Notes under the pieces: model-generated
Databases searched by the model: none
Told to the model about the DNA's origin: nothing
Seen by the model: only the letters and a program-made list of their open reading frames with translations
Shown here: one piece after another, positions 38,542 through 47,801 of the stretch
Layout: every line of letters starts with the position of its first letter
How positions within the stretch are numbered: the stretch's first letter is position 1
Assembly: GCA_965223855.1 (NCBI GenBank)
Contig: CBDCXM010000009.1
Span: forward strand, 2,624,001 to 2,688,000
Source: Candidatus Multivoradales bacterium
GTDB taxonomy: Bacteria > Acidobacteriota > Thermoanaerobaculia > Multivoradales > JAHEKO01
DNA length: 64,000 nucleotides
Reading direction: 5' to 3'
Made by a program: the position numbers and the translations under genes

Positions 38542-40025
38542 GCGCCACCGACCGGCCGCTCGACTCCCGCCGGCAGCTCGGCCTCGGCCTCGATCTCGAC
38601 GAGGTAGTCGTCCCCGATCGGCCCGGCCTCGACGAGGGTGTTCGCCGGGCGGATGTCGGCGAAGCGCTCTCCGTGGACCCTGGCGACCGCTTCGGTGTCG
38701 GCGGCGTCGGCGACATAGATCCTCGTGCGGACGACGTCCCGCAGCCGGCTGCCGAAACAGCGCAGAGCGCCTTCGATCTTGTCGAGGACGAACTGGGCCT
38801 GAGACGCCGGGTCGCGGCCGCCGACGACACGGTCTCCGTGGGTGGCGGTCGTACCGGAGACGAACACCCGGCGACCGCGACGGGTCGCCCGGCTGTAGCC
38901 GCCGATCGCTTCCCAGTCGGTCCCGCTGTCGATGCGCGCTCCCCGGTCCGACTCGACCACCTCCCACGGTGGCGGGAAGTTCTCGACATGGTCGCTCAGG
39001 TCGCCGGCGGCAGTCAGGTACGGGGGGCGCCGATACTCGTCGCCGCAGTCGCCGGGGATCGGATCGAGGGTGGCGATCGCGCCGTCCAACGCTTCGCGGT
39101 CCGCATCGTCGAGTGAGAACCCGAACACCCGCAGGGTGTCGTCGAGGTGATCGGTTCGTCCCGGGCGGGCACCGACGAGAATGCCGCCGACGGCGGTTTC
39201 GTCGAGGATGGCACGCATTGCGACGTCGGCGATCGAGACACCGTGCCTGCGGCCGACGGTTGCGGCGGCTTTGAGGACTCTCTGCAGCCCCTCCCAGCCG
39301 CCTGCCTCCTCGATGAAGCGGCGGTACTTCTGCTGCGACCAGGTGTCGAGTTCGGTCGGCTCCTCGCGGTCGAGCCAGCGGTCGGTCAGGAAGCCTCCGG
39401 CCAGAGTTCCGTAGGCGAGGAGCGACACGCCTCGTTCGCGGGCGAGCTCGCTCATCCGCCCCGCTGCGCGGCGGTCGAGCAGCGAGAAGGAGACCTGGTT
39501 GGAGACCATCGGATAGCCGCTCTCGAGCAGCAGCGCGAGGTGAGCGGTGTCGCAGTTCGTCATGCCGAGATGCCGGATCCGGCCGGCCTCGCGCAGGCGG
39601 CAGAGATGATCGAGCGCGTCCAGGTAGCTCGGATCCCAGTAGTTCCAGGCGTGGAACTGGAGCAGGTCGAGGGTGTCGGTCTCGAGGCGGCGGCAGGCGC
39701 GATCGATCGCCTCCTCCGCGTCGGCACGAGAGACGGGCCCCGGTTGGGGCACCCACTTGGTGAGGCGCTCGACCCCGCTGGGCCTCTTCCGGCCGAGGCG
39801 CCCGGCGACGACCTCGGCCGAGCCGTAGTGGTCCGCCATGTCGAAGCTCGTCATCCCCGCCTCGACCCGGGGGAGTAGTGCCTCGGCAGCAGCTTCCGGA
39901 TCCAGAGGCGCGCCGTCGCGCTCCATGTCCGCCACCTGCCAGAGGCCGGTCACGACCCGACTGATTTCGAGGCCTGGCGCGATCTCACGGCGCTCGACGC
40001 CGGGCCGTTCCGACGCGGCGCTCAA
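38538..40025 (-). CDS. Aldo/keto reductase fused to a C-terminal Rid (YjgF/RidA-like) domain
   Basis: GLWQ, FDMADHYGSAE, TKW, LDLLQFH, SNQV, AYGTLAGG; C-terminal WEAIGGYSRA, VSGTT, VVRTRIYV, LVEIEAEA; TTG start overlaps the permease stop. Confidence 0.88.
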   Translation of the reverse strand: MSAASERPGVERREIAPGLEISRVVTGLWQVADMERDGAPLDPEAAAEALLPRVEAGMTSFDMADHYGSAEVVAGRLGRKRPSGVERLTKWVPQPGPVSRADAEEAIDRACRRLETDTLDLLQFHAWNYWDPSYLDALDHLCRLREAGRIRHLGMTNCDTAHLALLLESGYPMVSNQVSFSLLDRRAAGRMSELARERGVSLLAYGTLAGGFLTDRWLDREEPTELDTWSQQKYRRFIEEAGGWEGLQRVLKAAATVGRRHGVSIADVAMRAILDETAVGGILVGARPGRTDHLDDTLRVFGFSLDDADREALDGAIATLDPIPGDCGDEYRRPPYLTAAGDLSDHVENFPPPWEVVESDRGARIDSGTDWEAIGGYSRATRRGRRVFVSGTTATHGDRVVGGRDPASQAQFVLDKIEGALRCFGSRLRDVVRTRIYVADAADTEAVARVHGERFADIRPANTLVEAGPIGDDYLVEIEAEAELPAGVERPVGGA

Positions 40026-41503
40026 CCCGGCGGCAGCTCCGAGAAGCGCCGCTCGAGGTCGACTCCGCTGCGACGCAGCCGGCGGTAGAAGATGCCGAAG
40101 ACGAGACTGGCGCCGGCCATCACGAGCAGCCACACCGGAGTCGAGCGGAAGTACCACGCGAGGTCGGGGGCCGTGAGGTCCTTCACCACATGGGCGACCA
40201 GCAGGCCGCCGAGACACACCGCCCCGGCGAGCGCGAGTGCAGTGCGCAGAGCCGATCCGGGGAGGACGGTGACACGCCCGGCGAGTTCGGGATTGGTGTG
40301 CGGCAGCGCGAGGACGGCGAGACACATCACCAGGAAATTGACCAGCATCGAGATGACGAGCAGATCGACGCCGAGGAAGAAGTCCCCGGCGAGATGGCTG
40401 CCCAGAATGCCGATCGAGGCCATCGCGCCGCTCGCCACGAGGGCGACGTGAGGGGTCTGCCAGCGTTGGTGCACGCGGGCGACGAACGTCGGGAAGACGC
40501 CGTCCGACGCCCAGGCGAACATCAGTCTCGACACGGCGAGAAGCATCGCAGGAAGGTCGTTGATGAGAGCGATCGCCGCTCCGGCGACGATGGCGACCGT
40601 CCATCCGGCCGGAAGCAACTCGCCCAGCAGGCCGGGGGCGGTGAGATCGCGAGTGGCGGACTCGGCGGCGATGTACTGCCACGGGACCGCGTGGTAGACC
40701 GCGGCGGTGAAGAGCAGGTAGAAGGTTCCCACTCCGGCAACGGCGAGACCGATCGCCAGCGGCAGATTGCGCCCGGGGTTGCGGGCCTCTCCGCCCGCCT
40801 GGGCGATCGAGTCGAAGCCGATGAAGCTCGAGAACAGGATGGCGGCCGCAGTGATCAGGGTGCCCCAGGAGAAGTCGGGTTCGGGTCCCGGTGGCGGCGT
40901 CCACTCGACGGCGGCGGAGAACTCGGCCTGGTCGAACGAGAAGCCGGCGACGATGACGACACTGCCGAGCACGAACATCACCACCATCAGCGGGATCAGC
41001 GTGCGCTCGTAGAGCCGCAGGCCGCGCAGGTTGACCATCACGAAGATCCAGAGGAAGGCGAGAGCGACCGCCACCCGGATCGGACCATCGTCGAGAGCGG
41101 CGCCGATGGCGTCGGACCCCAAGGCGACGGCGACGTCGCGCAGGAACGGAACCAGCACGTACGACACGACGCCGATGGCGATCGACAGCCCGAACCACTG
41201 AGAGAAGCTGGCGACGAAGCCGAGATAGGGGTGCAGAGCGCGACTGGCGTAGACGTAGCTGCCACCCGCGCGCGGCATCGCCGACGCCAGCACGGCGTAG
41301 GCGAGCGCTGCCAGGAGCGCCGGCACGGCTGCGAGAAGATAGGCCTCCAGCACCCAGGGACCGATTCCCTCGACGTTGCGCTGCAGCGTGAAGGGGATGA
41401 CGTTGATCGCCGCACCGAGCATCGAGCAGATGCCGGTGGCGGCCAGCCCAAGGAGGCCGAGGCGTCGCGCGAGGGCGGGCTGGGAAGGGGCGGTCGAGTG
41501 CAT
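40022..41503 (-). CDS. APC-family amino acid permease
   Basis: LARRLG, AMPRAGGSYVYA, FIGFD...GGEARNP, SRLMFAW..DG.FP, TPHVA. Confidence 0.92.
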   Translation of the reverse strand: MHSTAPSQPALARRLGLLGLAATGICSMLGAAINVIPFTLQRNVEGIGPWVLEAYLLAAVPALLAALAYAVLASAMPRAGGSYVYASRALHPYLGFVASFSQWFGLSIAIGVVSYVLVPFLRDVAVALGSDAIGAALDDGPIRVAVALAFLWIFVMVNLRGLRLYERTLIPLMVVMFVLGSVVIVAGFSFDQAEFSAAVEWTPPPGPEPDFSWGTLITAAAILFSSFIGFDSIAQAGGEARNPGRNLPLAIGLAVAGVGTFYLLFTAAVYHAVPWQYIAAESATRDLTAPGLLGELLPAGWTVAIVAGAAIALINDLPAMLLAVSRLMFAWASDGVFPTFVARVHQRWQTPHVALVASGAMASIGILGSHLAGDFFLGVDLLVISMLVNFLVMCLAVLALPHTNPELAGRVTVLPGSALRTALALAGAVCLGGLLVAHVVKDLTAPDLAWYFRSTPVWLLVMAGASLVFGIFYRRLRRSGVDLERRFSELPPG

Positions 41504-41622
41504 GGAGCCTGCCCGGCGTGGGGCCTGTGCGGAGCCGACGGGAGCGGCGGCAGCGTAGCACGGCACCCGCTGGGTTCCCGTGGGGCTTGCCTTTCGAGGA
41601 GAAGTTCTCTAGAGTGGCGTAA

Positions 41623-42087
41623 ATGAGGCGTAAACAACAGATTCTCCCGACCGATACCGACTCCTCTCGCTTCGAGCGCGCCCGCGCAGGCCGGGTGGCG
41701 GCCCAACTCGAGAGGGCTTCGCAGCAGCGGCTGCCGGGTGTGAGGGTGGCGGTGCGGGATGCCGACTCGAAGGCATCGAGAAGCGGCTCTGCGGGCGGAG
41801 GGCGTGGCTCAGGCGCACAGGCACGCTTCGACCTCGAAGCCCGTCTGCCCGGCCGCGCCGAGGGGGACAGCCTGCGTGTCCTCGACGCGGACCTGGGAGT
41901 GGTCGGCTCGGCCGCCTCGATCGCGCGATTGGCGGAGGTCATGGCGGTCTGGATGGAGCCTGCGGCGGATGCCTCGATCCCTCCGGCGGAATCGGCCGGG
42001 GAGTCAGTCGGGGAGTGGGCCGGCTCGTTGGGCGGTAGCGGCGGGTCGCCTCGGTCACCGAGTCCACACCGATCGGCAGGAGCGTGA
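41623..42087 (+). CDS. Hypothetical protein
   Basis: ORF fills the gap before ccmA; no recognisable motif. Confidence 0.35.
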   Translation: MRRKQQILPTDTDSSRFERARAGRVAAQLERASQQRLPGVRVAVRDADSKASRSGSAGGGRGSGAQARFDLEARLPGRAEGDSLRVLDADLGVVGSAASIARLAEVMAVWMEPAADASIPPAESAGESVGEWAGSLGGSGGSPRSPSPHRSAGA

Positions 42088-42155
42088 CGGGGGCACAGGC
42101 CGCTAAGATGCGCCTCTTGAGGCGGACACGAGACAACCGAGCCCGCGACTGCCCG

Positions 42156-42854
42156 ATGGCGATCCGAACGGCGGACCTCGGTCGCCGTTTCGGCGCTCAT
42201 TGGGCGTTGGCCCATGTCGATCTGGAGATCGAGCGTGGGGAGGTGGTCTGGATCCGTGGCCCGAACGGCGCCGGCAAGACCACGCTGCTGCGGATTCTGG
42301 CAAGTCTGTGTCGACCGACTCGCGGGTCGGTCGAGATCCTGGGGCTCGATCTCGCGGTGGCGCGGGAAGAGGTGCGAAGCCGACTGGCGCTGGTCTCCCA
42401 CTCGCTCTACCTCTATCCGGCGCTGACGGCCAGGGAGACGCTGGAATTGTGGCGGCGGTTGTCTCCGACGAGCACCGCCGACGGCTCGGATACGGGATCA
42501 CCGTTCGCCACCCAGACGCTGCTCGAGGAGGTGGGATTGAGCCGTGCGGCCGATCGCCGGGTCGTCGGATTCTCGGCAGGAATGCGCAAGCGGCTCGCCC
42601 TGGCCCGGGCGCGCCTCGAGCAACCGCAGGTTCTCCTTCTGGACGAGCCGTTCAGCGCCCTCGATCAAGAGGGATGCGAGGCGGTGCAGCGCTGGGTCGG
42701 CCGGTTCGCGGACGAGGGTGGCACCGTGGTCATGGCGTCGCACGATCCGGAACGTGCAGCAGCGGTCGCCAGTTTGCGACTCGACTTCGATCGGGGCCAG
42801 CTCGTGGCGCGCGAGCGACTGCAGGCGGCCGCGGGAGCGGGGGAAGCATCTTGA
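42156..42854 (+). CDS. ccmA: Heme ABC exporter ATP-binding protein (start uncertain, 42084-42156)
   Basis: GPNGAGKTT, FSAGMRKR, LLDEPF; first gene of the ccm operon. Confidence 0.9.
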   Translation: MAIRTADLGRRFGAHWALAHVDLEIERGEVVWIRGPNGAGKTTLLRILASLCRPTRGSVEILGLDLAVAREEVRSRLALVSHSLYLYPALTARETLELWRRLSPTSTADGSDTGSPFATQTLLEEVGLSRAADRRVVGFSAGMRKRLALARARLEQPQVLLLDEPFSALDQEGCEAVQRWVGRFADEGGTVVMASHDPERAAAVASLRLDFDRGQLVARERLQAAAGAGEAS

Positions 42855-43528
42855 CGACGCTTCTCGCGCTGATCGCCAAGGATCTCAAGCTCGAGTGGCG
42901 GGAGCGGGCGCGCGTGCTGGCGGTGCTGCTCTTCGCCGTCGTGACGCTCCTCCTCTTCTCGTTCGCCCTCGGCCCCGACACCTCGGCGCTTCATCGAGCA
43001 ACGCCCGGAGTGCTCGTGTTGGCCCTCCTTCTGAGTTCGACTCTGGCGCTCAACGAGAGCTTTCGCATCGAACGCGAAGATCGCGCACTCGAGGGGTTGC
43101 TGCTGCGGCCGATCTCTCTCACGGCGCTCTTCTACGCCAAGGCTGGCGCTGCTGCGCTGCTGCTGATCTTGCTCGGACCTGTCGTGATCGCACTGACGAT
43201 CGCGCTGTACGCCTTCCAGTTGCCGCTCGGCTCCGCGGCGGCGCTCGTCGGCCTCTGGACCCTCGGAGCGCTGGGACTCGCCGCCCCGGGAACGCTCTAC
43301 GCGGCGATGACCAGCAGGCTCAAGAGTCAGGACGTCGCCCTGCCGCTCCTGCTCTTTCCGCTGGTCGTGCCGGTGCTGCTAGGATCCGTGAAGGCGATGG
43401 CGCTGGTGCTCACGGGCGACGCAATGCAGCAACTCCGCTCGTGGATCTCCCTGCTGATCGCCTTCGACCTGATCTACTGGTCGGTGTGCGGGATCCTTTT
43501 CCGGTACGCGGTGGAGGAAGGCGAATGA
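42851..43528 (+). CDS. ccmB: Heme exporter permease
   Basis: KDLKLEWR, F..EREDRALEGL, LPLLLFPL; TTGA overlap. Confidence 0.9.
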   Translation: MTTLLALIAKDLKLEWRERARVLAVLLFAVVTLLLFSFALGPDTSALHRATPGVLVLALLLSSTLALNESFRIEREDRALEGLLLRPISLTALFYAKAGAAALLLILLGPVVIALTIALYAFQLPLGSAAALVGLWTLGALGLAAPGTLYAAMTSRLKSQDVALPLLLFPLVVPVLLGSVKAMALVLTGDAMQQLRSWISLLIAFDLIYWSVCGILFRYAVEEGE

Positions 43529-44211
43529 CGACGAGAAGAGCGCTGATCGCGAGCGGGCTGGTTCTCGGTGCCGTCGGCACCTGGATCGGGCTTTTCGTGG
43601 CGCCGCCCGAGAAGCACATGGGCGTCGTGCAGAAGATCATGTACGTGCACGTTCCGAGCGCCTGGATCTGCATGCTCCTGTTCACCCTCGCCTTCGGTTT
43701 CGCCATCGCCTCTCTGTGGACGGGCCGAAGCCGCTGGGACGACCTGCTGGTCGGCTCGATCGAGGTCGGCGTCGTCCTGAACGCCTTGCTGCTCGTTCAG
43801 GGCAGCATCTGGGGCCGCGCGACCTGGGGGGTGTGGTGGGACTGGGACGTCCGACTGACGACTTCCCTCGTGATGCTGTTGCTCTTCGCCGGAGTCCTGC
43901 TGCTGCGGTCGATGGCACCGTCGGGCGACCGCCGGGTGCAGTGGAGCGCGGTGGCGACGATCATCGCCTGGATCGACGTGCCGCTGGTCTACTACTGCGT
44001 GCGATGGTGGCGGAGTCTGCACCAGATCCAGTCGTCGCCCGAGACGGTGGATGCGGCGATGGTGCTGCCGCTGAGGATCAACGCCGTGGCGATGCTCCTG
44101 TTGGGGCTCGGCTGGACCCTGATGAGGGCGGAGATCGAGCGCCGGCGCAGACGGAGCGAAGAGGTTCCGCTGCCCGATCGACTGCCGGTGAGGGAGGAAG
44201 CTCATGCCTGA
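43525..44211 (+). CDS. ccmC: Heme exporter / cytochrome c biogenesis protein
   Basis: YVHVPSAW, WWD domain GSIWGRATWGVWWDWDVRLT, WWRSLHQ. Confidence 0.93.
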   Translation: MTTRRALIASGLVLGAVGTWIGLFVAPPEKHMGVVQKIMYVHVPSAWICMLLFTLAFGFAIASLWTGRSRWDDLLVGSIEVGVVLNALLLVQGSIWGRATWGVWWDWDVRLTTSLVMLLLFAGVLLLRSMAPSGDRRVQWSAVATIIAWIDVPLVYYCVRWWRSLHQIQSSPETVDAAMVLPLRINAVAMLLLGLGWTLMRAEIERRRRRSEEVPLPDRLPVREEAHA

Positions 44212-44353
44212 GGGCGTGATTCAAGGCGGAGTTGCCTACGTCGTCGCGGCCTATGCGATGACCTTCGTGACACTCGCCGCCTATGCCTGGCATCTGCGCA
44301 AGCAGCTCAGGCGCGGTGGCGACGAGCAGGAGAGTGGGGATGGAGAAGCGTAG
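44204..44353 (+). CDS. ccmD: CcmD-like small membrane protein (49 aa, absent from the ORF track)
   Basis: MPEGVIQGGVAYVVAAYAMTFVTLAAYAWHLRKQLRR..., YV.AAY motif, GGAGG RBS, lies between ccmC and ccmE. Confidence 0.8.
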   Translation: MPEGVIQGGVAYVVAAYAMTFVTLAAYAWHLRKQLRRGGDEQESGDGEA

Positions 44354-44801
44354 GAAGCTCCTCGGGTTGACCCTGGCGTTGGGAGTCGCCGGCGCGGCGT
44401 TCGCCTATCTCGCCTTCAGCAACGTGGGCGAGAATCTCGTCTACTACTGGAGCCCGTCCGAGCTGCGCGCCGAAGGTCCCGGCGCGGTGGGTGCGATGGT
44501 GCGGCTCGGAGGGCTGGTCGAGCAGGGCACCGTGCGACGTGAGGCCGACGGGCTGACGCTCCATTTTGCGGTCACCGACGGGCGAGAGAGCGTGCCGGTC
44601 TTCGCACAGACCGTGCCGCCGGCGATGTTCCGCGAGGGGATCGGAGTCGTCCTCGAGGGGACGATGGGAGCCGACGGCACCTTCAGCACCGAGCGGCTGA
44701 TGGTGCGGCACGACAACGAGTACCAGGCACCCGACGGTGAGAAGACCGTCGACATGGAGAAGCTCGTCGAGAGCCTCCAGATCGGAGACTCCGGCCCGTG
44801 A
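44340..44801 (+). CDS. ccmE: Heme chaperone
   Basis: LVYYWSPSE, RLGGLV, P.MFREG.GVV.EG, heme-binding HDNEY. Confidence 0.94.
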   Translation: MEKRRKLLGLTLALGVAGAAFAYLAFSNVGENLVYYWSPSELRAEGPGAVGAMVRLGGLVEQGTVRREADGLTLHFAVTDGRESVPVFAQTVPPAMFREGIGVVLEGTMGADGTFSTERLMVRHDNEYQAPDGEKTVDMEKLVESLQIGDSGP

Positions 44802-46735
44802 CTCCTGCCTTCGGGCAGGCGCTGGTGCTGCTCGGACTTCTGGCGTGCGCCGTCGGCGTGCCGATCGGCTTCTGGGCCGGGGCGAGCCGCTCGTTACCCG
44901 CGCTGGTCTGGACGCGCCGGCTGACCCTGCTGTTCGCGGCCGCGATGACGGCGGCGACGCTGCTGATGGTGTGGGCGCTGCTGGCGCGAGACTTCTCGGT
45001 CTCCTACGTCGCCCAGGTCGGCTCTCACGCCACGCCGACCCACATCACGATCGTCTCGCTGTGGTCGTCCCTCGAGGGATCGATCCTCTTCTGGGGCTTC
45101 GTCCTCGGCGGCTTCGCGGCGGCCTTCGCGCTGCTCGAGCGCCGGGGCAATGAGGACTATCTCGGCTACACCCTGGCGACGATCCTCGCCGTCGGCACCT
45201 TCTTCTGTTTCCTGATTGCCGGGCCGGCGAACCCGTTCCGGCCGACGCCGCCGCCGATTCCGCTCGATGGCCCGGGTCCCAATCCACTGCTCCAGAACCA
45301 CGTCCTGATGATCGTGCACCCGCCGATGCTGTATCTAGGCTACGTCGGCATGACCGTGCCGTTTGCGATGGCGGTGGCGGCGCTACTGCGCGGTCAGCTC
45401 GGCCCGACCTGGTTGCGGCCGTTGCGCTTCTGGCTGCTGATGCCCACGGGCTTCCTCACGGTCGGGATCATGCTCGGGGGGTGGTGGTCGTACGAAGTCC
45501 TCGGTTGGGGCGGCTACTGGGCGTGGGATCCGGTCGAGAACGCGTCGTTCCTCCCCTGGCTGACCGCGATTGCCGCCGTGCATTCGGCACTGGTGCTGGA
45601 GCGACGCGGGACCCTCAAGAGCTGGACGGTGATTCTGGTGCTCATCACCTTCCTGCTGACCCTTCTCGGTACCTTCCTCACCCGCTCGGGAGTGGTCAAC
45701 TCGGTGCACTCGTTCACCCAGAGCCCGATCGGACCGTTGTTCCTGATCTTCCTCGGGATCTGCCTGGTGGCGTCGGTGATCCTGCTGGCCTGGCGGATGG
45801 ACCGGCTCGAGTCGGCCGCGGTGGCCGGCAGCGTGGCGAGCCGCGAGACCGGCTTTCTCGTCAACAATCTGCTGTTGGTGGCGTTCATGTTCACGGTGCT
45901 CGTCGGCACGCTCTTCCCGATCGCAGCCGAGGCGGTCAAGGGGGTCAAGGTGAGCGTCGGCGAGCCGTACTTCAATCGCATGGGGGTGCCGATCTGCTTC
46001 GCGCTGCTGGCGCTGATGGGAATCGGCCCGGTGCTGCCGTGGGGGCGGGCCGATCGCACCAGCCTGCGGCGGAGCCTGCTGCTGCCGCTGCCGGCCGCGC
46101 TGGCCGGCGCCCTGATCGCCTGGTTCCTCGGCGCCAGCAACGGGTACGTACTGTGGGCGAGCGCTCTCGGCGCCTATGCTCTGTGGGTCTCGGCGGACCG
46201 GGGACTGCGCCCCCTGCGGGCCGCGGCGAAGCGCGGCACCGAGCGCAGCCGGGCCGGGGCGGTGCGACTGGCCGGCGGCTATGTCGTGCACATCGGCGTC
46301 GTCGTCACGTTCGTGGCGATCGCCATCTCCGCGAACTATCAGCAGTCGGCGGAGGGGACGTTGCGATCCGGCGACCGGCTGACGGTGGCGGACTTCGAGC
46401 TGAGCTTCGACGAGGTGGTCCTCGATCGGCAGCCCCATCGTGCCGTGCAGCAGGCCTCGATCGACGTCTCGGTGGGAGGTGAGCAGGCCGAGCGGCTCTA
46501 TCCGTCGCTCAACTTCTACGACACCATGCGGGAGCCCCTGGGGACTCCGGCGGTGCGCACGAGCCTCGCGCGCGACCTTTACCTGACGGTGATGAACGTC
46601 GGTGCCGACGGCAGCATCGGTCTGCGAGCGATCGTGACGCCGGCGGTGAGTTGGATCTGGGTCGGCGTTCTCGTCATGGCGGTGGGCACCCTGATGTGTC
46701 TGGTCGGAGGGCGGCCGGGCGTGGAGGCGGCGTGA
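44798..46735 (+). CDS. ccmF: Heme lyase CcmF/NrfE
   Basis: EGSILFW, NPLLQN, HPPMLYLGY, WGGYWAWDPVENAS, RSG..SVHSF. Confidence 0.96.
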   Translation: MTPAFGQALVLLGLLACAVGVPIGFWAGASRSLPALVWTRRLTLLFAAAMTAATLLMVWALLARDFSVSYVAQVGSHATPTHITIVSLWSSLEGSILFWGFVLGGFAAAFALLERRGNEDYLGYTLATILAVGTFFCFLIAGPANPFRPTPPPIPLDGPGPNPLLQNHVLMIVHPPMLYLGYVGMTVPFAMAVAALLRGQLGPTWLRPLRFWLLMPTGFLTVGIMLGGWWSYEVLGWGGYWAWDPVENASFLPWLTAIAAVHSALVLERRGTLKSWTVILVLITFLLTLLGTFLTRSGVVNSVHSFTQSPIGPLFLIFLGICLVASVILLAWRMDRLESAAVAGSVASRETGFLVNNLLLVAFMFTVLVGTLFPIAAEAVKGVKVSVGEPYFNRMGVPICFALLALMGIGPVLPWGRADRTSLRRSLLLPLPAALAGALIAWFLGASNGYVLWASALGAYALWVSADRGLRPLRAAAKRGTERSRAGAVRLAGGYVVHIGVVVTFVAIAISANYQQSAEGTLRSGDRLTVADFELSFDEVVLDRQPHRAVQQASIDVSVGGEQAERLYPSLNFYDTMREPLGTPAVRTSLARDLYLTVMNVGADGSIGLRAIVTPAVSWIWVGVLVMAVGTLMCLVGGRPGVEAA

Positions 46736-47247
46736 ATCGCGGCGCCCTGATCGTCGGGGCACTGGTGAGCCTTCCACTTCTGGTGCTGCTGGCGCTCGGC
46801 TTTCGCTCGGACCCCCGGTCGATCGAGTCGCCGCTTCTCGGGCAGCCGGCGCCGGACTTCCGCCTCGCAGCGCTCGACGGCGGCGAGGTCGATCTGGGCC
46901 AGCTGCGGGGTCGCCCGGTCGTCGTGAACTTCTGGGCGACGTGGTGCCAACCGTGCATCGTCGAGCACCCGTTGCTGCAGCGAGCGGCAAGGCAGTGGGA
47001 GGGGCGAGCGCATTTCGTCGGCATCGTCTACCACGACGAGGAAGCGAACATCCGGCGTTTTCTCGAGCAGCGGGGAAGCTGGGGACGCACCCTTATCGAC
47101 CCCGACTCCGACGTCGCGATCCGTTTCGGCGTCTATGGCGCGCCGGAGACGTTCGTGCTCGATGCCGAGGGAATCGTGCGTCACAAGGTGGCGGGGCTGC
47201 TCTCGGCTGCCGGACTCGAGCAGATGTTGATGGAGGTCTCGTCGTGA
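46732..47247 (+). CDS. ccmG: Thiol-disulfide oxidoreductase CcmG/DsbE
   Basis: N-terminal anchor, NFWATWCQPC, GVYGAPETF. Confidence 0.9.
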   Translation: MNRGALIVGALVSLPLLVLLALGFRSDPRSIESPLLGQPAPDFRLAALDGGEVDLGQLRGRPVVVNFWATWCQPCIVEHPLLQRAARQWEGRAHFVGIVYHDEEANIRRFLEQRGSWGRTLIDPDSDVAIRFGVYGAPETFVLDAEGIVRHKVAGLLSAAGLEQMLMEVSS

Positions 47248-47801
47248 CGAACGCGGGGCCGGGCAGGATCGGGAGAGATCGGCCGGTCCTGGCGGCATGG
47301 GTGTCTCTCCTGCTGGCGGCCGGCGTGTGCTGGTCGCAGAACGACACTCCATCTGCCGATCCAGGCCTGCCGAGCGCGGAGGGTGCGACTGCCGTGGTCG
47401 GCGCGCCGGCCGGTCCGCCTCGCTCTGGCGACGAGCTTTCGGAGCTCACGGAGGAGGTCGCAGCCGGCATGAGGTGCCCTGTCTGCCAGGGACTGTCGGT
47501 GGCCGATTCACCGACCGACCCGGCGACCGCCATGAAGGCAAGAGTCGGCGACCTCCTCGCGATGGGCTACAGCCCGGAGCAGGTACTGACCTACTTCGAA
47601 GCCTCCTACGGAGAGTTCATCCGCCTGTCGCCCAAGCCTGAGGGATTCAATCTCGTCGTCTGGCTGCTCCCGGTCGTGATGCTGCTCGTTGGTGGCGCCC
47701 TGGTCGCCAGGAAGGTGAGGGGGAGACAGGAATCCCCACCGATGGACGAAGCCGAGCTGGAGCGCCTTCGCGAGCAGGTGCGCAGGGAAGTCGCCTCTTG
47801 A
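47244..47801 (+). CDS. ccmH: Cytochrome c biogenesis protein CcmH
   Basis: RCPVCQG.SVADS, YGEFI..P, C-terminal TM. Confidence 0.92.
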   Translation: MTNAGPGRIGRDRPVLAAWVSLLLAAGVCWSQNDTPSADPGLPSAEGATAVVGAPAGPPRSGDELSELTEEVAAGMRCPVCQGLSVADSPTDPATAMKARVGDLLAMGYSPEQVLTYFEASYGEFIRLSPKPEGFNLVVWLLPVVMLLVGGALVARKVRGRQESPPMDEAELERLREQVRREVAS

